Assembly: GCA_001244265.2 (NCBI GenBank) | Contig: CDLV01000015.1 | Span: 124,001-188,000, forward strand | DNA from: Microbotryum violaceum | Taxonomy: Eukaryota | Reading direction: 5' to 3' | Length of the DNA: 64,000 bases | Part shown: positions 24,046 through 35,961 of the stretch, in pieces | Numbering within the stretch: position 1 is the stretch's first letter | Layout of the letters: every line of letters starts with the position of its first letter | Notes under the pieces: generated by a model | Database searches by the model: none | Told to the model about the DNA's origin: nothing | Seen by the model: only the letters and a program-made list of their open reading frames with translations | Program-made: the position numbers and the translations under genes

Positions 24046-25251
24046 TTAGCCGCACATTGCGGGTTGATTCTCTTCTTCGCCTTTAGTCGAGGAAACCGAC
24101 TTTTCTTCGTCGTATCCACGAATAACTTGTTTGAGCGGCGATGATGAAAGTGGTGAATGACGACCGAACCCCTGTCGGCGCTCACGAGCTCCTTCGCGCA
24201 AAGGACCGAGCGCCGTTCGAAGTCGAGGGGACGCGGGGACGGGGACTGGTGCGCTGTTTGCAGAGGACGTGGATGGGCTTTCTGGACCGTGAGCGAGCGT
24301 GAAGGGAACATCGATGGAGTCGGTGGTGCCCAGTGACTTCGAGCGAGCTCGAAAGGTTGGAGCAAAGCCAGGTGCTGCTGCGGAGTCCCCTGAGCCGGAG
24401 TTGAAAGTTGAGATCGGTGCGAGTGACCCTGCGGAAGACATACTAAGCGACGATCCGGAAGGTCGAGATGGCATGTACATGTCGACCTCGCGATACAGGT
24501 GGTTCAAACCATCTCCTTCGACTTCTTGCGAGCGAGCGAACAAGTCAGAGAAGCGGTAGTTGCGACCTATTGGAGGGATATACGTGGGTGTTTGTGTGGC
24601 GGCGTCATTTAAGACACCGAAGGGTTAATCTCACCTTCAATATTGACGAATCGCGAGCTCCAATAAGTCGTCCACCTCGACGTCGCCTCTTGTGTCGAGC
24701 GTCGTTCTCGCAGAGCAGGAAGATACTTGATCGGAAATTCCCCTTCAGTGTGCCCTTGCGCCGGATTGACAATATCGACCGCTTGCTCGCTCATGATACG
24801 TTCCCAGTTTGTTTCACCGCGAATTAGAATTGCATAGATGAGGCTGAAGTCTTCGTCTTCTGTCCACGGTTGAGGTGGGGATGGGCTCGAGGTCGCGTCC
24901 AAGAGTGTACAGTTTGGCGCCGCCGCTGCTGATCTCAAGGAGTCGTCGTGGTTGGAAAACATGTGTTCGGAGACGGATGCAGAAGCAACGTCTTGACTTG
25001 GTTCATACATCGACACTGGCTCATAGGGATAGTTCGGCATCCCTTGCTCGATATCTTGAGCCTGGAGCTCAAATAGCGCTCGGGTTTCGGAGGTTGCGCG
25101 GGGCTGCAGGGCTGCTTCGTTTCGCCACATCGACTCGGCTATGACGTACGGAAGTGACATCATGTCGGCCGACACGATCGTGGCGGAGGAATGAAGTCAG
25201 CCGCTTACCTTCGTAAAGGTCATCCATCCGGCATGCACTGATTGGGAACAT
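24046..25251 (-). CDS. Myb/SANT-like protein, paralog of the 20973-22511 gene (3 exons)
   Basis: PWTEDEDFSLIYAILIRGETNWERIM...LPALRERRSTQEATSRW. Phase-1 introns join ORFs 25069-25371, 24609-25175 and 24046-24543. The start could also be 25227. Confidence 0.72.
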
Positions 25252-25589
25252 CACGTTAGGAGAGAGTGGTCTGGTCAGACGGAGAGCGGCCGGCGATGGA
25301 GCGGGCGATGACGGACGGCGTCGGGCCCGAAAGCGCGACAACGCTCCTTTTGTCGTTGCCACGCCGATCACATATGGGGAGAGCGATTACCAGATATCGC
25401 TGTTGTACATCGTGTTTCTGAGTACCATTGTCTGGATAACTTTTCACGTGCCTGTTTCGAGCTCGCGTTGCCTCGTAGCTCGATCGGTAGGCGCGGTTCG
25501 GCAGACAGAACACTGTCTGTCGTCAGAATCTTGAAAAATATGTATCATTTTGCATCAACCAAACATCTTTTGAGAGTACCCTCCCCCAC

Positions 25590-27320
25590 TCAAAGCGTTG
25601 CTTGCCGCCTCGAGCCGGATCTACGACCATGAAGTGCACCGTCGAAGATATCCTTTTCGATCTTCTCCCATAGGCTAAAGATTCTCGGATGGGCAAAGGT
25701 AGGCGTAGAGTTGGTGAAAAAGACGTAGGCGACACCTTGGTTGCGATCGGCGACCCAGAAGGTGTTCTGAGGGTAGCACGGCGAAGAGACATTTAGTCCG
25801 GCGCCACTTAAAGAGCGAAGAAGGTGCGCGATTCGTACTGCCGACGCAAGCTTATCGATGATCACTTACGCAGTATCCACTCCAGCTGAGGGTACCCTTT
25901 GATCTCCCTCCCCCATGCTTGGCCCCGGTCAGGGCACCTCCCAAGCCGTGTCCGGCCTGCTCGGCTTCGCCGAAGAACGGGTCCGAACCAAGCGCCATGA
26001 ACTGACTCATCGACGTCTGGAATCGCTCCGAGCCCGCAGTCTGATCCTCGAACATCTCCTCTACCGTTTCAGACTTTTGAAAAAGAGGTTGACCGTCGCC
26101 GAGTAGGGTTCGGACGATCTTGAGGTACGAAGCAGGGGAGCCAAAAAGACCGGCGCCTCCTCGATTCTCCTTGAGAGTCGAGCCAGGTCCTGCTTTCCAG
26201 GGTGCTGAAGGGTCGGCAGGATCATCGTAGGCCATGTTGATACGGTTTGATGGGGGTGCATACGACATGTCACTGATGCCAAGAGGCCTTAAAAGCGAGA
26301 GAAGGAAGAGGTGGGGGTGGGGGTCAGCATTTTCCATTGGTGGCACAAGGACCCGAAACCAAAGCAGCTTCCACGTGCAAGCAAGCTCGGAGACATACCC
26401 AAAAATGTTCTTCTTGAAGTAATCGATCAACGGCCCACCCGTCACAGCTTCGATCGTGAGTGCCAGGTAGTCGATCGCCGTGCCATACGACCAGACCGTT
26501 CCCGGTTCGCTGTGAAACAACATGACTTTGATTTGTCAGATCAACAGAAGTCGACACATGCATGCAATCGCTCACTAGATAAATGGCATCGCTAAAAGGA
26601 ATTCCTGCAATGATCGCGAGATTGGCCATTAGTCAGCACTTTGCAGCGAACGCTGCTCCGGCGAACACATCACTAGTGGGGCTGCGAGCGGAGGAACGAA
26701 CCTTGGACGAGGCACGTGAGTAGACGTTGGGCAGGCCAAGAGCTTTTTGAGCTTCAGCATGTGCAGGTGTGAGCTCATAGGTAAGTCTAGGGGTTGATTT
26801 CGAGGGGTCAGCGTCGACGTGTCACTCGCCCCGCCGCCCGGAATCGAATACCCGGAGGCCGACGAAGATGCGGGGAAGCGACCACTCACCCAGCAGTGTG
26901 AGACAGAAGCATCCTGATCGTGGGCATGGTCTTCAGTTCCTCCGTCAAAGCTTTTCCATCCTTGTCTAACCCCTTGTACTTCTTGGCGTTTTTGACTTCG
27001 GGGAGGTACTTGGTGACATCGTCATCGAGGCCGATCTGTCCCTTCTCAATCAACTGCAACGTCGCGATCGACGTGACGAGCTTCGTACAACTCCAGAGCT
27101 CAAACACCGAGTCGGGGGTGATCTTTTCGGCCTTGTCCAAGTCTTCTTGCGTCGCGGGGTAGTCAGGGAGTTGCGCATAGCCTGCACTCGAGGAGAAGAT
27201 GAGTGGGGATTCCGAGGAGGCGACAAGCAGCACGACACGGGGGATGCCCTTGTGGGGGTTTTGGGTCGAGGACTTGAGGACCTCGTTGATGCGATCAGCG
27301 TGGGTGGAGGAGAAGGACAT
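25590..27320 (-). CDS. Beta-lactamase-family serine hydrolase (LovD/EstB-like esterase/transesterase)
   Basis: SxxK motif (WSCTKL), LLSHTAG, EPGTVWSYG, PLGISD, GGAGL, LSWSG and NTFW. Multi-exon; the internal small exons are only approximately resolved. Confidence 0.9.
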
Positions 27321-29388
27321 ATCTGAGTGATGAAGGATGCGCAGATCGGTTAAAGGTCAGGGAGGCGTGGTGCGAGATGGGGCAGACTGGGCGCACGGCG
27401 ATGTGGGGTTAGCAGACTTCTCCGGCGGCCCCGCTAAAGATTCAGCAAAATAAGCCGAGTGCGACACAATATTTGACACGCGCATGAAAGGTTTAATTTG
27501 CGTTGAGATGGTGGTGAGTTCTGGGAGCTTGAATGTTTTCGCGCGAAAAATCGGAGCTGGTGAGAATCGGAAATAGAGCCTTCGCCACGAGCTCGGACCG
27601 AGTTGCGAGTACACGAAAGAGTTTGCTCGTGAATACTCAATGAGTTCGACAAAAATCGGTCCTCCCTCTGGGTACAAACTACTGTAGAACTCAATGATAC
27701 GTGCTCTGAAAGCGTGATTTTCCGGGGAGCTGATGAGCCGAGCGACCGGTCGGAGGCGCTGCGAAGGAGGCCATAGCTATAGCCAGAAGGTATCGGTCCG
27801 AGCCTCTCAGAAGGCGCGTTGATTTCAAGAACAGAAGTTCGTTTAAAAACTCGGGATCATCAGTGCCACTGCGTAAGGTGCCGAGAAGCCGAGAAGCCTT
27901 CCTGGCGGTCAAAGCGGCGGAGAAACGATCGATCCCGCTTGCCAGCCGGCCCCGAGGCCCGTGTTGGCGTTTAGTCGTCAATCTCGCCTTACGCCTGCGC
28001 CTCCGGCTCCAAACTCCCGAACAAGCGAAAAACGCCCCCTGTATGTACTACACTAAAGCCCCTTTTTATGCCCATCGTGGCATCGCCCCCAAAACAACGC
28101 GATCATGTCGAAGACGACGTGTTCAATGCTGGATGTAGTACATCTGTTGTTCGGTTTTGAGCGGTCAGCGCCATCCCTTCCATCACCTTCTAAATAGCCC
28201 ACGTGTAGCAGCTGGCAGGGAGAGTGAGAGACCTGTTGCCGTGGCCTGTCAGGGTTCAGCAGAGGCAGCGGCGGCGGAAGCGGCAGCAAGGTGCCGAGCA
28301 GGTGCCCCCTGCGTCGTCTGATTTCGTTGTGCTCGACTCGTGCAGCATGCAGCTCGTCATTGCGCCCGTGTGTTCGAGTCGAGGCCGCGGGCTTGAAAAG
28401 GCACCCCGCGATCGCCCAGGCGCGGCGCGTGGGAATAAGGGTCAAAACTGCGCCCTTTTCTAATCTACCCCCTTGCTCTGAGCTTCCCCGTGACGACAGC
28501 GACTGCGTCTCTCTTTAGTCTCGACGCTCCCGACCCGGCTTGGCCTCCCTCCCTCCACTCGACCTCCTCGACTCGTCGTAACTCGGACTCGACTCGACCC
28601 GCCCACTCGCCCCTGTGACTTTTCGCCTCGTCGCAAACCTTTTCTCCGAATTCGATCCGTTCTCCTCATTTTCGAGTCTTCTGACAAGGAGGCCGAGTTC
28701 TTGACTTAACCCGCCCGTTTGCGCGGTGGTTCCCGTTTCGGTTCTGCCCCCTCGCTCGCTCGTGGCACCTGCCGCCTCCCGCCGGCCCGCGCCTGTGCCC
28801 CGCCGCCGCCTCTGCTGCTCGCGCTGACCCACCACCCACCCACCGATCGTGAGTTGCTGCGGCTGCGGACTCTCCAAATTGGCACCACCGAGGGGTCAGC
28901 TGGTTGAGCAAGGCACTAATCTGTCATCTGGTTCTGTGTACGAACCGGTAGCGGCATCCCGAACGCGTCATCTGAGGTGAGTCGGAGCGGATCAGATCGT
29001 TGTCGCCTGTCGTCGTCGCCGCACCCCTCCTTCTTTCGCCCTGCGCGCGCGGGGCAGGCAAGCGGGCGGGCTCGCAGGCGGGCTCTCGAAACCCCGGGTC
29101 GAGGAGCTCGCTCCTTGCGTCAGGCGGCGGTGACGACGCCGGTTCACGAATGCGCTCACCCCCGCCAGTCAAGCCCCTTTCAATACCTACCCACACGAGG
29201 CTGACCTGGACCGTCATGCCCTTGACGCTTTGGTACAGATAACGGCTGAGTCCAGTACATCGGATCGAACTCGACGCTTGCGCCATCTACTACACTACAT
29301 TCCCCTTCGTCCTCGACCTGGTAACACCCTCCGTTCGTCATCACATCCGTACCCACCCGCGCCCCACGCTCGGCTCTGAATTTGAGAG

Positions 29389-32078
29389 ATGTCGGGCAGC
29401 CCAGCTGCGACCTCCGCCGACGACGTGCGCGCGCTCGCCAACAATGCCGTCACCTCCGAGCTGAGAACCGATCCAGCTTCTACAGCGGCTGGGAAGGAAT
29501 TATCGACGTCCACGAAAACGAACTCGGCCGTCGACGCGAACCAATCCGGCGCCAACTCGGAAGAGGACGCTCCCTTTGAACCGGATACTGACCCGATACC
29601 AACTTCGACCACCGCTGGCGCCGCGATACACTCCGGGTCGGCGACCAAGGGTGTCGAAACCGAGTCGAATGAACGAGGAACCTCTGTCACCACTGCAGCT
29701 CCGACCCACTCCGTGCCTGGAGCGAGTGCCTCGACCTCGACGTTCGCTCCCCCCGCCCCCGCGCCCGTCCAGGCTTCGCCCTCGACTTTGAACGTCTCCG
29801 AGTCGATCGCTGGATCTCGACCTCGTCGCGTGTCCGTTCTGTCAACCCAACCAGATACCTCCGATCAACGCAGCGTCGTCAAATGGACTCCGGCCGACGA
29901 TCGCAAGCTCGACGAGGCCTTCGCAAAGTACGGCCCTTCGTGGGACGCCGTCGCCGCTGCTGTCGGGAATGGGCGTACGAACCGATCGTGCAAAGAGCGT
30001 CTCGGTCGTCGTCAGCGATCGAACGATCCGACTGTGTCGATGGCACCCTTGACGGTAGTACCGCGGCGAGCCTCGATCGATGCCGGCGAAGGCGATAGCC
30101 CGGGCCACGAGCATGTCTTCAACCGACGCCCCTCGCCGTTTGCCGATGCCGAGGGCGAGGACGATTCCATGGTCGTCGACACTCCAGCTCCGCCTGCACC
30201 TGCACCTGCTCCCGCACCCGTCGTCGCCAAGCCAGCTCCGGTCGCCACACCCGTCACTTCCGATACGCCGCCCAAGATCATTGGCAAAAAGCTCGGCAAG
30301 TCGCGCCCCTCGGCAGCGAAGCTTGTGCCCACGGCCGCTCCATCGGCTGCCACTACCTCGGCTGCCACTGCTGCTCCGGTTCCGGCTCCTGCTGCTGCTG
30401 TCGAGGTCCCCTCTACTTCAACGGCTCCACCACCAGCGGTCGACAATCCGCTCGTTTACTCGGCTGCTACGGCCGATCGCACCATGGTCGCCGGCGGCGT
30501 GAGCGCGACGACGGCGCGCATTTTGAGCGCGGTCGACGACAGGCTCCGAGAGGCCGGCATCGGTGGTCGCATCCCTGGTCGCGTCGTCACGGCACCGGCA
30601 AACGGCGACGTCAAGCCCGAGCTCACGTCCGAAGATGCTTCCAGTTCACCTTCGACGTCGACGCCGACGCTCGCACCGAGCGCGGGCCACAACATCGCGC
30701 TCACGACGCCATTCAACAAGAACACCGTCATCCGCGGTCGACGCACGATGGCCGCGAACGAGATGGAAGGCAAGCTCTTGTCCAAGACGGGCAAGATCAA
30801 GAAGGTGCACATCTGCCCCGCGGATAGCTGTGACGCTGCGTTCAAGCGCTCCGAGCATCTCAAGCGACACTACAAGGCTGTGCACATTGGTGCCAAGCGC
30901 AAGTCTTCTTACCGTTTGCTGTTGCGGCTCTTCGGACTCGAACTAATTATTGTTCCTTCCTGTTTGTAGCTTTCCCTTGTGATGCTGAAGGGTGCGATAA
31001 GACCTTTTCGCGCAAGGACAATCTCCACCAGCACATGATCTTTGTGCATTCGCTCAAGCCCATACGCGAGGACGGCATTCAATTCCTTGACGAGCTCATG
31101 CCTCCTGCCGCCCCTGTCCCTGCCGCTATACCCGAAGTCGCCGTCGCCGCTAGTCCCAACGCTCCCGTCGCTGCCACTTCCGGCACCTTGGGGCACTCTG
31201 TCCTTGCCCCCACTGCTTCAATCTCAGCTGCTCCGATGACACCCGCCACGGTAGAAGGATCGCAATCGCCCGCTGCCGTCCCCGCTGCTCTGTCCAACAC
31301 TGGGCAGTTCGCTTCGTCGCGTGGTCGCGTGCCTGTCCCGATCCGTTACGAGCCCATCGCTGAAGAGGACAAGAACCGTCGTCGCAAGATCGTGAGGAAG
31401 ATGAGCCCCGGTGGCACCTTCACGGAGGAGCATCTCAACTCACCCGGTCCTGGAGCAGCTGCGTCACCTTCCCCCTTGGCAGCGGATGCGAAACCCAAGA
31501 CGGAACCGATCGAGCAAAGTCTGTCGACAAAAGCTGCTTCTCCAGCCCCGCAGGCGGCGAAGGAAACAAAAGTTGCAGCTGTCTCTCCCCCCGTTTCTCC
31601 CGTCGCTCCCGAAGTAGCATCGACGTCTTCTTCGACCCCACCGGTGTTGCCCTCGGCGTCAACCTCGACGCCCCTCGAAGAAGAAGCCACGACCAACTTG
31701 ACGAGGACGCCCTCGACGAGCTCGAGGGCCAAGCCCGTTCGGGGTGGTGGACTCGGCGCTCGCTTCCGCCAAGGTCGAGGCGGGTCGATCGCCGCGGCTG
31801 CTTCGGCCATCGCGGCTGCGGGTGCTGCTTCGTCACCTACGACGACCAAACGACCCGCTCAAGTGCCTGTGCATTGTACACCCGTTATCGAGTTTACGAA
31901 CGGACATGCTGCGAGACCGAGGGAGAACGTCGTCGAGGAGCCCTCGAATGAGGGTGGGGCGCTGGGGTTCGCACCTCCTCGCAAGCATGCTCGTGAGGAG
32001 AGTGGGAACGTTGACGAAGCCAGTGCTGCGAAACGAGCCAGGGACATTGAACTGGATTCGGGGAATGTCTCGGCTTGA
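29389..32078 (+). CDS. Transcription factor with a Myb/SANT domain and two C2H2 zinc fingers
   Basis: KWTPADDRKL...YGPSWDAVAAAV..RTNRSCKERL; finger 1 HICPADSCDAAFKRSEHLKRHYKAVH; after GC-AG intron 30899-30969, finger 2 PFPCDAEGCDKTFSRKDNLHQH. Confidence 0.92.
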
Positions 32079-32529
32079 ACGGACCATGGGGGTTTGCTTT
32101 GATGAGGTTCTGTTTGTGTGTGTGTGTGACTCTATATGTGCGTGTGTGATCTCCCAATTCGTGTAGCTAGAATTGCCTAGTCCTCTTCATCCCCTTTCTT
32201 CGCTTGATACGGTTTCCGCCTTCGAGAACCCTCCCCTCAGAAGCCGTTCGGGCCGCTTTTGCTTTTACGTTACTTCACCCCCTCTCACCTTACTTTAATC
32301 ACCACCTACACCCATCGACAGTTTCCTCTCTGTTTAGTTTTTGTGTTTCCCCTCTCCTCGAGAGATCCTCCGTTGATCATGTTGCTTTTTCCCTCGCTTT
32401 TCGAAGCATTGTTCTTTCTTTGTTTTCAGCGAATCCCAAACAAAGTGATTTAATTACCGAGCTCACAACCCAGTTCGCAAAACCCAAGTTTTCTTCCAAA
32501 GTTGCTCATCCGACTCAACCTTTTATCCC

Positions 32530-34529
32530 TCACATCAACTTGTAATGCGTTTCCCCTTCCACACCCCTCAACCTTGCCGCCGCTTGTTCAGGCGTGATAT
32601 CCCGTTGAGTTTCGGCCATCAATTCGAAGCCGACCAAAAACTTGCGCACACTTGCGGACCTCAATAAGGGGGGTAGGAAGAGGAGGTGTAGTTGAGTCGT
32701 GGATAGGTAGGCCGACGAATTCGTCGAGTTGTCAGTTGGGGTTTGGTAGACGCCCATGGAGTAGGCGAAGGAAGTGGAGAATAGGTTGTCGAAGCGGCGC
32801 GTGAGGTGGCCTATCGAGGTGGCGAGGTCGGAAATTTCGGAGGGGGTGAGATGGGAGAGGGAAGCAATTTGGCGTCTGTTCGGACGGAAAGATGGTTCGT
32901 TCGTTCATCAGTTTCTTTCGGGTGAGCGTCGAGCGCCGGTATTTGTAGTGGGAAACGGCTCACTTGTAAGGCAGAATCATCGCCTCGAATGGCCACCCTG
33001 CCCAAAACGGAACCAACGCAACGAAATCATCGCCCTTGAAAATCACACGACTTTCCTCCGGGTTCTCAGCGTAGAAAGCAAGCTCTTGAGTCACGTAGGT
33101 GAGGAGGAGATTTGGAGTACCATTTTGCGAGAGAGGGGCGAGGGAGTTGGAGGGTGTTGGGGAGGAAGCAAAGGCGAGTTGGGATTCGAGGATTTGGGAA
33201 GGTATTGTGGGGATATAGGAGAGAGACCAGGACTACGGACAGGAGGAAACGAGGTTAGAGTTCTCGCAGCTTTCCGGACGTGGTGTAGGAGTCGTACCTG
33301 TCCATGCGGATGGGGGTTCGAGCAGCCCATCATCGAGCCCTTGTTCTCAAAGCTAGGGGCACGAGGATCAACCCACTCATGAGCTGGTGCGCCACTCATC
33401 ACGGGAAGGGACGTTCGTAACTCACATCTGGATGTACTTGATCCAAGGGTACTCTTTCGAAACATGCTTGTACAACTTGGTCCTGTACGAAGATTCGTAT
33501 CCGCGAAGGATTAGGCTCGGGGTCGGCTTTTGCAAAAGCTGACAAGTGGAGGGATCGACGTACCAAGCCTCGATGACGCCTTCGATCTCTTGATCTTTCA
33601 TCTCCGCGACGGTCAAGTCATGACGGGGTGAGAAACAGATGACGTGGCATTTGCCTCTTGCGGATTCTTGGCGAAAGAGGGACTTGACACTTTCGTCGGC
33701 TTCTGGGATCGGTGGGGGCGGGAGGACGGAGTCTTCTACAAGGGCAGCGAAGTCGTTCTAGTGCACGTGAAGTGGGGGAACATTATCCGAGTCAGACAAG
33801 TGGTAGGAACCGAGCTTTCCCGAGAGTTGAACGCACCTCGAAGATAAAAGTGCCCTCGTACTTCTCCGTCCTGACTCCACCCGCTCGCTCGTTGCCGGGG
33901 CAAAGGTAACACTTGGGGTCGTAGGCCGGACGAGAGTCGAGTTGGGGTGGTTCAACTGCACCTTGCCAAGGTCGCTTGGTACGATGGGCTGGGAATGGTG
34001 GGAGGGGGAGGGAAGAGTGAGGGTGTCAGGGGTGGGAGCGAGGTAGGTGGGGTTGGGGTTAAGTGGGGGAGCGTCGACCCTGCCCTCGAAGTCTGAGCTG
34101 GGACACGTCCGATTCAGGGCAGCCGGAGAGAGAGACCATGTACAACGGATAGGATGTGTCTGGGAATTGACGATCACTCGTGCTTGTGTGCAAGTCGTCG
34201 AACTCGATACTACGGTGAACGTCGCCGAAGGGAGATGACCTCGTGCGGACCCGGAAGACCGCCGCGAAGCCTTGGCCACAAACACAAATTCTCTGATCCA
34301 TCTCTCGACGCCACTCGAGCGTGTTCTATCCAGCCGGTCGGGGCCATCTTGGGCTCCGGCATCGATCAAGTTATTCGTAGCCAACGCCAACATCCGGCCC
34401 GGCGTGGTCGCGTAGAAGCCACTCACGCGAACAAAGCACCCATGTACGCGTCAGAGGGTTGAATCGGCGGTGCGAGTGCGACGAACGGTCGAAAGAGACC
34501 GCTTCGGGGTCAGAGGTCGTCGTTGACAT
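32530..34529 (-). CDS. GAL7: Galactose-1-phosphate uridylyltransferase
   Basis: [58 protein letters not shown] (catalytic HPH) and [32 protein letters not shown]. Confidence 0.97.
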
Positions 34530-34789
34530 TGTTGTGGGTTGGTGGAGTGAGAGAGGGAGCAGAACCGATCGAGAGTCGAGAGGCAGAACTTGGCTCGGCG
34601 CTCATTTGATCGATTACGGCGCTGACGTCTGTTTAGCTTTATTATTAGCGGTAAGAGTTCCACGCTCATTGTTCAAGCGCGCATCCGTGCCTTCTAGTCC
34701 TGACTCGGCGTCAGTCGATAGCCGATCCTAGCCTCTCAGATCTCAGATCTCAGATCTCATTGAGCGCTCAGCGTCCTGGGTCTCTCTGT

Positions 34790-35363
34790 GAGTCCTCAGA
34801 GCCCCTCTTCGATATCTTCGAGTTACCCTCTCCTCGGTTCCGCACCGTCGACATTTCTGGAACCAGCTCGCTGCTCCAGCACTGCCACCCTCTGCCAAGG
34901 GTCAGTTGGTCCTCCAACATTGGTTCCTCATCCAAGCGATCCGTCGCTCACTCGGCAGTCTCCTTCCTCATCCGGACCTTAGGGCAGCCCGTTGTTTTTC
35001 CACCGGCCCTCGACGCACGCACGCCTGCCACGCGCTCGAGGTAAATGTTCAGAATACGTTCGGCTAGTTGCACGACGTACTCATTGTTCATTTGCCCTGC
35101 AGTTGCTCTCCGCGATCTCTCTGTATGATCTCTACCCTCTCCTGGATCGCCCGCTCACCAAACTGACGCAGGCATCCTACAGGCTGCCTTCCGCGGAGTT
35201 TCCCGGATGTCTGTTGAGCTTTAGCGACTTGAGACAAGAGATTCTTGCGAGCATCTGCCGTGAGAACACCATCACGGAATGCGTCACGGATGTGTTTGAC
35301 CGCATCGACCGTGCGCCTGAGCTCGAGGGTGCCCGGGATCGGGTCGTCCTTGTCGTGCGGAGG
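34790..35363 (+). pseudogene. Possible spliced gene fragment without start codon, ending in the left arm of the inverted repeat
   Basis: An open frame ...QHWFLIQAIRRSLGSLL...HACHALE is joined by phase-0 intron 35041-35102 (GTAAAT...TGCAG) to LLSAISLYDLYPLLDRPL...FSDLRQEILASIC...DVFDRIDRAPEL. No ATG found; family not recognised. Confidence 0.35.
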
Positions 35364-35521
35364 TAGAGACATTGTTGCGTCCTTTGAACCTTCCTTCTCC
35401 ACGCGGGTCTGCGCCTCGCCAACAATGTCTTTACCTCCGCATAACAAGGACGACCCGATCCCGGGCACCCTCGAGCTCAGGCGCACGGTCGATGCGGTCA
35501 AACACATCCGTGACGCATTCC
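35276..35521. repeat. Long inverted repeat: 102-bp arms (35276-35377 and 35420-35521), 42-bp spacer, 3 mismatches
   Basis: Direct reverse-complement comparison of the arms. The ORF track also shows identical peptides on both strands (ECVTDVFDRIDRAPELEGARDRVVLV). Confidence 0.98.
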
Positions 35522-35961
35522 AGGATGGGGCACGTATTCTTACTTGCGGGGTCCGGGTCGCCCAAGCGCCGCTGAGGAAAACGCGAGATCGACGCTAGAC
35601 TAGCAAAAAATAATACTAAAATTGCAATTGATGCATGAAAAATATTTCCAATAGTCGAACTATGAGAGAGCTCGTGCGGATAGAAATTGAGGTGTAGTGA
35701 CACAAGCGGGTCGATCTAATGAAAGGCCAAACGGCGATCCAAACTCTTGGGCTTCTTCGTCCCGTCTCGTCACGTTGCGACGCGTCCCAGCTCCATACCG
35801 CCGAATTCGCCTCCCGCAAGCTCGCTCCGCCTACACGCTTGCCTGCGTGCTGCTTTAAACATCTAGAAAGGTGAGCCCATTGGATCCGCTTATCTTGCTG
35901 CTGCTGTATCGAGCTGACAACTCTGCCTTTCACCCGCGGAACAGCGTCGAACGCGTCGAGG

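Noticed and set aside
25590-27320. Beta-lactamase-like gene as a resistance gene, horizontal transfer or secondary-metabolite cluster
   Set aside because: It has multiple spliceosomal introns, belongs to a common fungal esterase family, and has no PKS or NRPS nearby.
33758-34426. 222-aa minus-strand ORF as a separate gene
   Set aside because: It starts at the GTG of the GAL7 intron-1 donor and runs through intron and out-of-frame exon sequence.
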